From: Mobula hypostoma
Lineage: Eukaryota
Assembly (NCBI RefSeq): GCF_963921235.1
Contig: NC_086111.1
Location: 28,458,001 to 28,522,000, forward strand
Length of the DNA stretch: 64,000 nucleotides
Direction: 5' to 3'
The notes under the pieces were generated by a model, which had not been told where the DNA came from, ran no database searches, and saw only the letters and a program-made list of their open reading frames with translations. This document shows positions 1-12,374 of this stretch, piece after piece (the first letter of the stretch is position 1; every line of letters starts with the position of its first letter). The position numbers and the translations under genes were made by a program.

Positions 1-1020
1 CAGAGACTATCTCTACCCTGAGCACCATCTTCACCAGAAATAGCTTACCAGAACAAATTGTGTGTGACAATGGACCACAATACACGTCAGAAGAATTATG
101 GCTGTTCATGAAGAACATCAAGCATTTTAAGTCAGTTCCTCACCACCCAGCAACAAATGGGTTAGCTGAAAGGTTATTCCAAATATTCAAGAAGTCCATT
201 AAGGTAATTGACAAGGAGGACAATTTCTTTTTTGTGTATCAGAACTCTGTTCGTGCAACAACCAATCAAACACCTGCAATGCTGTTCATGTACAGGAATC
301 TGAGAACTCGCATAGACATCCTGAAAAGAGACCTCTGGAGGGAAGTGCAGAATAAACAGTTTAACCAGTTGCCAAGCGAAGCTGCAAGGAGCTTCGAGGT
401 TGAATAGGAAGTCCTAGCACGTGATTAGTGAAAAGACAAGTAGATTGCTCTAAGAACTGGACCACTAATGTACACAGTGGATGTTGGAGATCAGACATGG
501 AGGTGTCATGTGGTTGAGATACTGGATGCTCAACTGAAGAACACACCTAGGTTGATTGCATCCAACAAGACGGACATACTACAGCCACCGGAATTAACTC
601 TCAGTGACGATCATGTCACTGACATCAACGTAACCGGCAACTGAGAACGTTGTCTTAGACAAGACACCTACCAAACCTGATACCACTCCACTGGCCCAGA
701 GGCACCACCCAAAAGAATGAATCTTTAGAACAGTGAGATTAGTTATGGACTATTATTGTAAAAGCTTGCTTATTTGAATATTGCTTGTGAAAGGGAATTT
801 GAATATTTTGTATATGTACAGTTTTATGCTGCATTAATCTAAAGGTGGAGGATGTGTAATATCTGGATCTACTTCTTTGGAGCAATGACTCCCCTGGGCA
901 CTACATATTGATATGTTGTCTATACACGTGCATAGTTCTCTCTCCCTCTCTTGCGGCAATGTGAAGCCATCTCTCGTGTGTGTGCATTTATTTAATTACG
1001 ATATATTTACAAAGACACAA
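1..1020 (+). mobile_element. Ty3/Gypsy LTR retrotransposon 3' remnant: integrase core, polypurine tract and short 3' LTR
   Basis: ORF 60-407 has the integrase motifs DNGPQYTSEE, HPATNGLAER and TPAMLF..RNLRTRIDILK. A purine tract AAAGGTGGAGGA (841-852) is followed directly by TGTGT (853) ... ACACA (1015-1019). Confidence 0.85.
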
Positions 1021-1089
1021 CGGTAACATAGAGGGAGGAACAGTAAAGATGAACAAAGAGAAAGAGAACTATGGTGGACAGCCAGAAAT

Positions 1090-2700
1090 AAGCAAAAAAC
1101 ACAGTGGGTGTAAGTTGTGTGAAAATGAATTATAATTGAATTGTAGGCTATCTCAATGGAATATAAGGTGTTGTTCTTTTAGTTTGCATTTCACCTCACC
1201 TTTCCAATGGAGAAGGCTAAGGAAAGATAGCCTTAGGTGTGGAAAGGAAAGGGGATTCTAAGTGACATGCAACCTAAAGCTCAAGATAGCTAATGCAGAC
1301 GGAGTGCACGTGCTGTACAAGATGGTCACTTCTGCACTTGATCTTTCTGTCATGGTGCAAGCCACAGTACAAGCACAGAACGCAACAAGCAGGTCAACAG
1401 GTGTGCACGTGAAGCTCTCCCTTACCTACAAGATCTGTTTCAATCCCTCTGGATGATGACAAGAAAGAAGATAAAGGAACAAATTTTATATCACCTACAG
1501 TTGCTGGGGAAAGTACTAGGGAGAGGCAAGGGAGGGTTGGAAGTGATAAGTGAAACAGAGTCACTGAGAGAGTAGTTCCTGCAGATAAAAGAAAGAAGAG
1601 TGAGAGGAAGGTGATGGAGCTCACTGGAGCCAGCAGAAAACGTTATGGATGATATCCTCATTACATAAGCTAGTTGGGCAAAAGATGAGGACATCTGAGG
1701 GAAGGGACTGAGCTCAGATCAGTGGGAAATGAAGGAAATAGTAAAAATGTTTCTGTTAACATTGGCAGAAATAAAGCCACACTTCTCAAAGGACAAGGCC
1801 ATTTCGAAGTCCTTATGCAGGCCTCATTTTAAGACATATGGAGGAGAAGGAGAAACTAAGAAAAGGGGAAGTATTCTTACAGGCGACAGGGTGGGAGGAG
1901 GCACAGTTGAGTTTGCTCAGGATTATAACAGATATTGGTGGAAGTTGGTAAGATGAAGACAGAAAAATCCAGAAAAGGGAGTGAAGTGTAGAAATAATCT
2001 AGGTGAACTTGAGGGCAGAGTAGAAACTTGTGTTGAATGTGATAAAATTGAGAAGTTCTGACTGAGTGCTGAAAACAACACTAATGTAGTTATCAATGAC
2101 TGAATTAGGAAGGAGTGCTGAGAGAATTTTGAAACAAAGAATGTCCCACATGATCAGCAAAAGGAGAGACATAGTTGGTGCCTAGGCAAATGCCTGAGTC
2201 TACACCTTTAATTTATTGAAAATAGGGAGGAATTGAAGAGAAGTTGTTGAGGGCAAGAACAAATTCTGCTAGGTGGATGAAAGCATTGTTGGAGGGGAGA
2301 AGCTTAGGCTTTGTTCCAGAATGAGAAAAGGCCCCAAGAGCTTTTGATTGGTGTTGGAAATACATGGAGACTGGGTGTCCATGGTGAAGGTGGGAGGGCA
2401 TGAGGGGTTTAATAAATGTTGGTGGAGGTGGGAAGTGAAGGCATGATGAGGTCAAAGTATGAGGGATGATTTTGGTGGGGCAAGAGCAGGCAGAAACAGT
2501 AAATCAAGGCAATCCTGCTTGTGTATCTCAAGTAGGTATGCAGCATGAGGTTGGTACACGATCATGTTATGGAGGGGAGATCTCCTCATGTGATGACATC
2601 TGTAACAGTATGAGACAGTGGCCTGCTTGTAATCAGGATGATGGTATGAAGAGGTGTCTGGTAGCTGCCATCTGCTTCCTGGTCAATGTGCTAGGCCGCA
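1090..2700 (-). mobile_element. Degenerate Penelope-like element (RT and GIY-YIG remnants)
   Basis: Minus-strand translation gives KLKEQHLIF (~1160-1190) and HLAEFVLALNNFSS (ORF 2213-2455), matching Penelope GIY-YIG and RT motifs; many stops and frameshifts. Confidence 0.75.
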
Positions 2701-2845
2701 GCAGATCTGTCCTCGTCTGCAGGTATCCAATTCCAAATAGCTTTAAAGTTTGGAAGAAGCAGATTATATCAAATAACATTTGCATCTCAAGTAGCAATAG
2801 ATGGTTCTTGAAAACAAAAATCTAGAATTGTGTTGAGGGAAAAAG

Positions 2846-3071
2846 TATTGTGTATTTAATATTTCAGTAATATTTAAGTAATCTTGTATATATATATTGG
2901 TTCATTAAGCATTCTTGTTTGGTTAAATAATTCACTCCGGTTTATATGTAAAAGTACATGAATTGCTATGTGCCTGTCTTGCTTAAAGCAAGCACAAAGT
3001 TAGACTCACGTTTTGGACTCCTACGTCTTCCTTTCAAATAGCTTATTGTTTTGAAGATACAAAACATAACA
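2846..3071. mobile_element. Solo LTR (Gypsy-type) with 4-bp TSD
   Basis: Imperfect inverted termini TATTGTGT ... ACATAACA, flanked by AAAG on both sides (2842-2845 and 3072-3075). Confidence 0.7.
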
Positions 3072-3720
3072 AAAGAATTTAATTTTGTCCAGAAATATTC
3101 AAGGCCTTTTTACGCAAAATCTGGTTTCATTTCACAAAAAGTGAAAGGACAAACTACCACAGTCATTTTCCACTTGTGAAGTTAAAGGCATGACTGTCCT
3201 AAATTTACCACATTGCCCAGAATCCCACCATGGTCACTGCTCACTGCCTACTTATAGTGTCTCATAATCAAGTTCTGCTTATAATCTGTTTACACAGATT
3301 TAAAAATTTAAAATAAGATAAAGTGTGCACTTTAAAGCCTTAAGAAATAATTAAAATCTTCAAGTATAATGACACATCAACATTTTTCCACAGGGTCAGC
3401 AGCTTTGTTAAAATAAGTGAAGGGTAGTAATGTAATCACATTCCTATGTCAACCCTGTCTGGTACAAAGGCAGGAATCAGATGTGCTCTATCCACCAATT
3501 TCCTCCAAAAATCTGCTACTCCATTGCTATCACCAGCAGAGCAGTGAATCAGCTGAGCCAGTACTGCACTCTCAAATGCCTTGGAGCTGTGACCATGAAC
3601 ACGCATATCTGAAACCTCAAGACCAGAACACCCAGACCTCTTCAGAACTACCAGCAGCTGAAGTGCACAATTTGGACCAGCCTCTGTACTGCTTACATAA
3701 CAAGAAATGTTGCTGGGATA

Positions 3721-4041
3721 GATTGAGATTAGCTTTATTTGTTTTTTTTATTTATATATATTGAAACATACAGTGAAATGCATCATTTCCATCAAATCAA
3801 ATCAGCGAGGATTGTGTTGGGCAGCCGAGTGTCGCCACACTTCTGGAGTCAGTATAGCGTGGCCACAACTCACTAACAGTAAACTCTATGCCTTTGGACT
3901 GTGGGAAAATTGGAGCAGCTGGAGGAAATCCAAGTGGTCATGGGGAAAACGTACAAACTCCTTGCGCACAGTGTGAGAATTGAACTCCGATCTTCCAGTT
4001 GGCACTGTAATAGTGTTACACCAACCACTGCACAACATGCC
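3721..4041 (-). mobile_element. tRNA-derived V-SINE (HE1-like)
   Basis: Reverse complement has a tRNA-like head (GTGGTTGGTG...GGAGTTCAATTC) followed by the V-domain GGAGTTTGTACGTTTTCCCC..GGATTTCCTCCAGCTGCTCC..TCCCACAGTCCAAAG. Confidence 0.8.
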
Positions 4042-4074
4042 ACCCAGCAGAAACTAATGGCTGAAAACAACATC

Positions 4075-4370
4075 ATGTCTTGCGAGACCATGGATCTGCA
4101 CTTGGAAAGTCTTCACTCTCCAGGGTGCAGGCCTGGGCAAGGTTGTATGGAAGATCAGCAGTTGCCCATGCTGCAAGCCTCCCCTCTCCACGACACCAAT
4201 GTTATCCAAGGGAAGGGCATTAGGACCCATACAGCTTGGCACCAGTGTCGTCGCAGAGCAATGCGTGATTAAGTGCCTTGCTCAAGGACACAACACGTTG
4301 CCTTGGCTGGGGTTCAAACTTACGATCTTCAGATCGCTAGTCCAATGCCTTAACCACTTGGCCACGTGCC
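4075..4370 (-). mobile_element. tRNA-derived SINE with CORE-like domain
   Basis: Reverse complement begins GGCACGTGGCCAAGTGGTTAAGGC (A box) ... GTTTGAACCCC (B box), then TGTGTCCTTGAGCAAGGCACTTAA, which resembles the CORE-SINE domain. Confidence 0.75.
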
Positions 4371-4599
4371 CATGTGGCATCATGTATATCTACATTCACA
4401 AGAAATTGGCACAATTTGTTTCCCTAGATTTGTGCTCCCTGACACAATAAACAAAACTGAAGTACAATCTGAGCTCTGTGTATCTTCTCCAGATTCTGAT
4501 TCCTACCTCTCAAGCCAAATATATTTGTAGTAATCAAGCAGGCAAATTTTGAGTCCAGAACTGATTTAACTTTTTACATAATTTATTTAGGGGAAGAGA

Positions 4600-4925
4600 G
4601 AGAACATGTGGTATGTCGAATGCCGGATGAAACGCGAAGTCTTTGGGGTAACTGCACGTCTGTGTCTTTACTATTGCTTTGCTCATGTTTCAATGCTCGG
4701 TGGCGGTGCTGAGTATTTTTTATGCCGGTGGAGCAGGAAGATTGTTGCTTGCTACCGCTTACGTGTGGGAAGTGGGAGCGGGGGGAGAACTTTGGGGTTC
4801 TCACGTTTAACTGTTGTTCATTACTTGGGGCACTTCTCTGTCTTCGTGGATGTTTGTGAAGAAAAAGCACTTCAAGATGTATATTGTATACATTTCTCTG
4901 ACATTAAATTGGACCTTTGAACCTT
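4600..4925 (+). repeat. Non-autonomous retroposon or LINE 3' tail, family unassigned; related copy at 25630-26010 (-)
   Basis: CpG-rich body ending ...GACATTAAATTGGACCTTTGAACCTTT; the 3' ~130 bp match the reverse complement of 25630-25760. Confidence 0.55.
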
Positions 4926-5082
4926 TATTGAGACACAGTGTGGAGTAGGCCCTTCGGCCCACAAATTTAATGCTAGCCTGATCATGGGACAACTTAAACA
5001 TAAAGACTCCTTACAGGCAGCATCAGGAATTGAATCCGGGTCACTTGTACTGTAAAGCATTGTGCTAACCACTATGCCACCC
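4926..5082 (-). mobile_element. Internally deleted V-SINE
   Basis: tRNA-like head GGTGGCATAGTGGTTAGCAC...CCCGGATTCAATTCC on the minus strand; same tail as the 57925-58195 copy. Confidence 0.7.
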
Positions 5083-5182
5083 AAAGCATGATCTAGCCTC
5101 CCCAAGAATTCACAGATAGTTTCAGTTTAATGGGCTGAGGATCCTATCAACTAACAAACAATTTTAGAAATGGTTTGTAGTA

Positions 5183-5336
5183 CAGGTCGACCTTCACTAA
5201 TGCGACTACCTGTATTCTGGTTCCTTCGATAATCCGGCACTGATTATGCTTAGTGTGATCCTTCTGTAATTCGGCATTTTCACTAATCCGGCACTCCTCA
5301 AGTCCCAATGGTGCCAAATTAGTGAAGGTCGACCTG
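5183..5336. mobile_element. 154-bp Tc1/mariner-pogo type MITE
   Basis: Perfect 19-bp TIRs CAGGTCGACCTTCACTAAT (5183-5201 and 5318-5336) with TA on both flanks; internal repeats of TAATCCGGCA. Confidence 0.9.
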
Positions 5337-6984
5337 TATTAGCTCACATTCATTCATTAGAGACAATACTCTAGACACCATACTTGTTTTCTACAATGGA
5401 AAATACTATGATAACCAGCCATGCTAATTCAAATTCTGCTTTAGCAAATTAATCCTCCATTATAAGAAGTTCAAAGTACTGGGGAAACCATGTTAAATTT
5501 CAGCACAATAAAGATTATTGTGTCAAATTTCATTCAAAATTTGTAGCATGTGAAAAGTTTTGAAGGGGTTTCAATTTCCCAAATACCAGGAACAAACACT
5601 TCCATTTGCATCAGAACTTCAAAATTGACTTCACAACTTCACCGCTTCAAGTTGAGCTTGTTGCTGTTGTAGGATTGAGCGTATGCCTTCTGCTGAAATA
5701 CAATACAGCACCTCATCACCAATTTGTTGTGTTTACTAGCCTATAACTACAACCGGTCCAGAACTTTGTCCACTGTGTGGAACTGAGAAATTCAGCTACG
5801 TCCAGATTTAGCTTCCATGGGTGAGGTCAGGAACTAAAGTGCTGCCTGGGTAATGGATGTCATCTTTTCTATTGTGTAAGCAAGCATATGCTGCAGATAG
5901 TTCTAACACCCAATCTGATCCCTCACAAAATTTTGAGAGAAATTTTCAGCTGTCATATTTTTGAAGAAGCAGCCGAACAGCTGTATTGCAATGGAGGCAA
6001 GTCAAAATGAATGGGAAAGAGGGGATCTCCAAGCTGTGCAGAGTCCCATGCTTCTGCAATGAGTTCGGATCTTCATGGTACTTAAAAAAAGTACTCCTGT
6101 TTTTGTGCCTACTCAACAAAGGTCATTGGTCATGTGTCAAAGGTCACAGGTTGCATCTAAAAGCTCCAGTGTATACTGCAAATCAAAAGCTCTTTGCTAT
6201 GTATTTTAGGGCACAGTCATGCCTGATGAGAGAAACACATCAAAACCACTAGATGGCTAGAAGTTGCAGATCACACTAAGCTACCTGGTCTAATTTCCCA
6301 ACTGGACGTCATTTTCACTTGGAAATGACTGTTAAGATTCAACCATAGTTACATTCTTTTATGCACAATTTCTTCATGAAAAATGTATGCTAAGGGATCC
6401 AAATTCTAGGCATGTTAATATTATTAAGTCACATGCAATGGCTGACAAATAATCCATGGCATTATATGCAAAAACTCAGCAATACATAATGAAGTCCACT
6501 GATGCATTATACATCTTGTCAAGACATTTTAAAAAACAGGAGTCCAAAGCCTCTTGATTTGAACAACTGTATTTGAAGGATTTAATCTTACAAGAGTTCT
6601 CCATGCATGGCATCCTTTCTGGAAAAGCACCAAAATCAGACATTGTCTGCTTGTTACAGAGGAAATGAAGTGGTTACCTCTCTTCCTTGTGCTCCTAATG
6701 TTAGGGTTTCTCTCCCTACCTCAAATTAAAGTCAGGAATGTCATACACTTTCTGGCAGAGGAAATCTGCTGAAGAACCTATCTAGTATATTATTTAAAAA
6801 TGATGCATTGTTTATTCCCAACTAAAGAATATTGCATAGTTTTATTGTATGGAAATAAGTGTAATTCAGAATTACATCAATGATTAAGGCAGTCTGGACT
6901 TTGGTGTCATTTAGGGCAGTATGAAATTGTGCTTTCATTTTGTGACTGTGCTTTGTAATGATTGTACCTGCTAGCTTGTAATCC

Positions 6985-7143
6985 TCCCACCATTTTCTTA
7001 TTCTAGCTTCTTTCCCCCTTCCTTTCCAGTTGCAATAAAAGGTATTGGCCCAAAATATCAACTTTTTATTCGTTACCATAGATGTTGATAGACCTGCTGA
7101 GATCCCCTGCTGGATTCCCAGCACCTGCAGAATCTCTTTATGT
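6985..7143 (+). mobile_element. Penelope pLTR remnant
   Basis: Pyrimidine tract, then CCATAGATGTTG..ACCTGCTGAG..CCAGCACCTGCAGAATCTC, as at the 3' end of the 10229-10783 copy. Confidence 0.7.
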
Positions 7144-8250
7144 TGGTAATGACTGTGTTTGGCCTGCCTTTCACCTTACAGAAGAATACACCAGCATAGC
7201 ATGGAGCATGCACTGCCTCCTCTCAACATAGCAAGGGCCAATTGATACTTGAAAGATCAATGAAGTTTTAATTATCCTTAGAAATTACAAATCTATTATG
7301 TATGGATCGCACCTCTGTTATGCTCTATAGAGCAGGAAAGAGATTAGAAGTGTAGAACAGAACATTCCTCCTCACTGCCCCAGTAAATTGGAATTCTGAG
7401 AACTTTGGTTACAATATGCTATCATCAGGGGCATCACTTTAACAGCAAGACCTTACATGGAGAACAAAGCTATATTCTTGCTGATCAGGTAATTGACAGA
7501 GGTGCTCAGTGCTCAGATTGCTTGAACTCAATTGTACTTTGATCTATTGTGGCTCCGTGTTCAAGTATCCACTGGGCTTTAAATAGACAGGTATCATTAA
7601 TTGAAACTATTACACTTTGAACTGACCCCCAACATACATCAAGAAAAAATATGCAGGTTGTCTAGACTTCCCCCATGGTGATGGCTCATTAACAACCATC
7701 GGTCAATTTAACCAGCAGTTGTTCAACGTGCAGCACTGTCCGTCAGATGTCCAAAGGCAAAATGAACCACTACTCAGACATCCAACAGCTTCTATGACAA
7801 ATGCCACTCAGTCAGAACGCTGAAGTGAGGACAAATAATATGGTCTGCATTTTCCCACATTTAAGACATAGTTCACATTTTCACCCAACTTCAAAGTTTG
7901 TGTGTGGTATCCTCAATAGAACATCTGGTATGTCATTCCGCTTTGAGATTTGGTGCTCAAATACATAATTGTTCTGCAATAGGATTATCTGTCTTTGTGT
8001 CCTCATGTTACTACCACATATATCACAAATTATAGCAAATTCAATCCCCTAAATATCTTGAGGAAAAGAACAACCCAAGAACATCCAGTTCTTTCACATA
8101 TTGTTAGGAAACTGCATATGGCATTTTCCCCACCTACATGCTGTCCTCATTCACACGTCCCTATTTTGAGCAAGGACATGATTAGTGTAGACAGCTCCCA
8201 TTGTTGTTTGTTTCCTTTTTTTATAATTACATTGACTCAGTTTTTCTTAT

Positions 8251-8550
8251 CAAAGAGTCATAGAGCACTAGAGCACAGAAACAGACCCTATGAACAATCT
8301 AGAGAATGCTGAACTGTTATTCTGCCTAGTCCCATTGCACCTGGGCCATAGGCCTCCATCCCCCTCCCATCCACCTACTTATCTAAACTTATCTTAAGTG
8401 TTGCAATCCCACCGGTATACTAAACTTCCACTCAACCCATTCCCACACCATCCGCTGAGTGAAGCTTCCCTCACGTTCTTCATAAATATTTCATGTCTCA
8501 CCCTTAACCTAACTACCTCCCTGCATTTCCTGTCAATCTACCTCTCTTTG
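8251..8550 (-). mobile_element. CR1 LINE 3' end
   Basis: Reverse complement ends ...TCTGTTTCTGTGCTCTAGTGCTCTATGACTCT, a CR1-type terminal repeat also seen at ~48200-48230. Confidence 0.65.
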
Positions 8551-8647
8551 ATTGGAAGGTCATCGAGTTCCTGTTCCGAAACATGGTCTGGAGGTCTCCC
8601 TAACTTCCCACATCCTGTACTACACTGTTCACTCCCACTGTTATAAC

Positions 8648-9025
8648 TCATCATCATTATGTGCCATGCCATATGATGTGGACGATCATGGTCTATCCAT
8701 GACCATGATTAAACTTGGCAAAGTTTTCCACAGAAGTGGTTTGCCATTGCCTTCTTCTGGGCAGTGTCTTTACAAGGTGGCTCACCCCAGCCATTATCAA
8801 TACTCTTCAGAGATTGGCTCCCTGGCGTCCGTGGTAGCATAACCAGGACTTGTGATATGCACCAGCTGCTTCTCCAGCCAACCACCACCTGCCCTCATGG
8901 CTTCACATGACCTTGTTCAGTTGGCTGAGCAGGAGCTACACCTTGCCCAAGGATGACCTGCTGGCTAACTGATGGAAGGAACACCTTACACCTACTTTGG
9001 TGGAGACGTATCTTCACCCTGCCAC
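8648..9025 (-). mobile_element. Non-autonomous retroposon with RTE-like motif and (TGA)n tail
   Basis: Reverse complement contains GAAGGCAATGGCAAACCACTTC, recalled from RTE-related SINEs, and ends in ATGATGATGA. Confidence 0.5.
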
Positions 9026-10228
9026 ATTATTGCATTATTGCTTGCCAGAAACTTCCATTAGCCTCTGTCTCTCTTCACCAAAACTTCTTGAGCCAAAGCC
9101 TCAGCTCCCTACTCTAACCTTGGCATACTTCAACAATGGCCACTCCACTTAAATCTAACTTCTTTTTATTGGCGCTTGCTAGGTGCCTAATTACATGCAA
9201 GGTCTCAAGCTCCACATAAAGTCTCGATAAGCCCTGCTTACTTTTTTAATCTGGTACTTAAATTTCACAATGAACTGCTCGAGCAATCTCAATCAAGCTC
9301 CTATTGGTTCAGTCAAGCCTATTGGCTGGTTCCATCACCTTACCGTAAAGAATGCAAATCAGTTTACTATGTCATTTCCACTTATCCTACACTGACAACA
9401 TTGGGTTCACTGACAGCAAAGCCCTGAACTCTGATGATTTTAATCCCAATCTGACATAGATCTCTATGGGTACCCTCACTATAGGGAGGTTATACTAAAT
9501 CTACCAACTCTTCAGGGACTAATTTACATCCCTATCTTGTCATTGTGGCAAGGTTTAGCTGCCAATACCTAGTTCTTGAGTGACGGGTCTCCTGTCCCTA
9601 CCAAGGAGGAGATACTTCGAGCTAACAAAGTAGTTTAAATACAGTTACTTTATTTTTAAAGACACATGTTTAAATTTAGACAATTATCATTATGTGCTGT
9701 GTCATAAGTTTAGACAATTATTTCTTAACACACGTTTAATGCTCACAGAGGATTTCTAATTTTTAGAAGATTTTCAACAAAATATTTACAAACCGCAAAG
9801 GATTTCCAAGCATAGGTAAAACTCTTATGAAATAGAAGACCATACCAATAAGTTGCAGACAATCAAGTCATCCATCACAGAAACCGAAGGTTCAGGAATG
9901 AATTCTAGTTCTTCTTTCTGCAACCCCATCTTTATGTTATCCTCCTTGCCATTCCTAACAATCGCTCCTGATAATTATTTTGTGTTTTACAAGATGACAT
10001 TATCTGCTTCTATTGTCTTCCAGATCCTTTTGCTGGGACGAAGTAACTCAGGCAGATGGCCTTAAAAGCTTCTGGTGACAGAAATCTAAAACATCCACAA
10101 TTAATGCTGTGAGGGCTAACCCCTTGAGTGCACCAGCATCACAATTTTTAACTATGTTTGATGTGCTAAGTGACATGACCCCATTGTCTTGTGTTTGTCT
10201 AATGCCGACAAGAAATCTTTTGGCCTTC

Positions 10229-10783
10229 CCCATTCCCATTCTGATATGTCACGTCCCATTCCCATTCTGATATGTCTATCTACGGCCTCCTCTACTGTAA
10301 AGATGAAACCACACGCAGGTTGGAGGATCAACACCTTATATTCCGTTTGGGTAGCCTCCAACCTGATGGCACGAACATTGACCTCTCAAACTTCTGTTAC
10401 TGCCCCACCTCCCCCTCTTACCCCATCCGTTATTCATTTAAATACACACATTCTTTTTGTCTCTCTCCTTTTTCTCCCTCTTTCCCTCTCACTATACCCC
10501 TTGCCCATCCCCTGGGCTTTTCCCCCCTCCCCCTTTGCCTCCAGTCCCATGATCCTCTCATATCCCTTTTGCCAATCAACTGGCCAGCTCTTGGCTCCAT
10601 CCCTCCACCTCCCACTTTCAAATCTCTTATTAGCTCTTCTTTCAGTTAGTCCTGACAAAGGGTCTCGGCCCTAAATGTCGACTGTACCTCTTCCTAGAGA
10701 TGTTGCCTGGCCTGCTGTGTTCACCAGCAACTGTTATGTGTGTTGCTTGAAATTCCAGCATCTGCAGATTTCCTCATGTTTGA
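10229..10783 (+). mobile_element. 5'-truncated Penelope-like element (GIY-YIG C-terminus and pLTR)
   Basis: ORF 10272-10649 reads GLLYCKDETTRRLEDQHLIFRLGSLQPDGTNIDLSNF, followed by a pyrimidine-rich tract and a pLTR with a hammerhead motif. Confidence 0.9.
10648..10684 (+). ncRNA. Minimal hammerhead ribozyme motif in a Penelope pLTR (core mutated)
   Basis: AGTC-CTGACAA-A-GGG-TCTCGG-CCC-TAAAT-GTC-GACT: helix I AGTC/GACT and helix II GGG/CCC are intact; the CUGANGA and GAAA boxes carry substitutions. Confidence 0.7.
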
Positions 10784-11510
10784 GTCTTTTGGTCTGTTCA
10801 CTTTACAAATTAGAACACTTAGCAGGCAGGCAGCTAGCTACCTTTGGTAGGCTAGCACCCTGTATTCTCTAACACTGTTTGCAAAGCTATGGATCGAACT
10901 TTATACCGATTGCAGCTTCAAATTTACATTAAGAACTGGGGATTGTTTCTTTAAAAAAAACTGAGCAAACAATATTTGTTAAAAGTTTAACTTTATCACC
11001 AATAACTCTGGTCCTTTGGAAAGGTTATGCCACTGTGCTAGTGTTTACCAACAAGACTGTCACGCTCCGGAAAGCGAATATCCATCACAATAGTCGACCA
11101 CCACCATCTCTAACATTGAAAATCTGTGTCAGTCACTTTCCCAGTTCTGATGAAGGGTTGACTGCTACTTGCTCGCTGATGCTACCTGATTTGCTGGGAG
11201 AAAAGAGGACCAGTAAACAAAGCATTTTTGCACTTGTTCTCATACCAACTATTTCTACATGCTCAGTGTGAATTTTGGCCCAAACTGAACTCTCCATTTA
11301 TTACATATCACTACTCTGACCTCATTGATGCTTCCCTACTCTTTGACAACTGGCTGGGGACTTCCGGTAGAGCTCATGGAGTGAAGTCGTGTTCTTGACT
11401 CGCTCCATTACCTCTGAGTTTTTCTTCTTATGATCAGCTATATTTTAGTTAACCATTAAGGCATCGACTTTTACAATATTTTGAAATAAATTGGGTTTTT
11501 TGATAATCCG

Positions 11511-12374
11511 ATGCTTTTAAGGTCTGCTATGTCTAAGAATGGAAAAAACGGGAAGGACGGCAAACCTCCGGTTAGACCGAAAGGTACCGATTTTCCTCTG
11601 ACTGAACCACCGGTGACTTTGAAAGCTATATCGCATCTAATTCAAAGGGAAATTTCAACCTCTATTACGGAGCTGATTCGTGCGGAAATTTCAATTAATT
11701 TCCAGAAAATTGCCGATTCAATCGATAAGATTCAAACATCTATTACGGAACATCAGTCGGTTATATCTGATCTTCTAAAATCCACGCAACAAAATGAACT
11801 GAAGATGGAGAAAATCGAAGAAACAATTAAGCTAATGAAGAAGAAACTTGACTTTTTGACCTTTAAAAACTCTGACTTAGAATCCAGAATGCGACGGCAG
11901 AATCTTCGAATGATTGGGGTGCGTGAAGCTGTCGAATCTGATAACCCTATGAAGTACTTTTCTCAACTTTTAAAAGATGCATTTCCTACTGTATTTCCTG
12001 ACCAACCACCGTTATTGGATCGTGTTCACAGAGTTCCATCATACTCGTCTAAGTCAGATAAACCTCGACATGTCATCTTACGTTTTCATTCCTTTCAACA
12101 CAAGGAGAAACTGTTTCGTTTCGTTCGATCTAAAGGTTACATTGATTTTTTGGATCTTAAGTTCCGATTCGTGGAGGATTTCAGTAAACCAATTCGGGAT
12201 CAACGGATTCGTTACAGATCTGTGATGTCGGAACTCTACAAGATGGATTTAAAACCAGCGCTGCTTTACCCAGCATGTCTAAGGATTCGTACGTTGGATG
12301 GAGCCCTTCGTTTTTTTGAATCTCCATCAGATGCCCAGAGTTATCTGGATCAATTTTCACCTTCAACATCTTAA
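11511..12374 (+). CDS. L1 ORF1p (coiled coil, RRM, CTD), intact
   Basis: 287-aa ORF with DLESRMRRQNLRMIGVRE, LDRVHRV, PRHVILRF, EDFS and LLYPACLRI motifs typical of L1 ORF1p; the true start may be the ATG at 11529. Confidence 0.93.
   Translation: MLLRSAMSKNGKNGKDGKPPVRPKGTDFPLTEPPVTLKAISHLIQREISTSITELIRAEISINFQKIADSIDKIQTSITEHQSVISDLLKSTQQNELKMEKIEETIKLMKKKLDFLTFKNSDLESRMRRQNLRMIGVREAVESDNPMKYFSQLLKDAFPTVFPDQPPLLDRVHRVPSYSSKSDKPRHVILRFHSFQHKEKLFRFVRSKGYIDFLDLKFRFVEDFSKPIRDQRIRYRSVMSELYKMDLKPALLYPACLRIRTLDGALRFFESPSDAQSYLDQFSPSTS

Noticed and set aside
3960-4370. tRNA genes
   Set aside because: The A/B-box sequences are SINE heads joined to V or CORE domains; no complete cloverleaf or terminator.
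5640-6780. Chain of small minus-strand exons with compatible phases (SSADFLCQKVYDIPDFNLR; EGIRSILQQQQAQLEA)
   Set aside because: Weak splice sites, an in-frame stop in the longest segment and no recognisable protein; compatible with chance.
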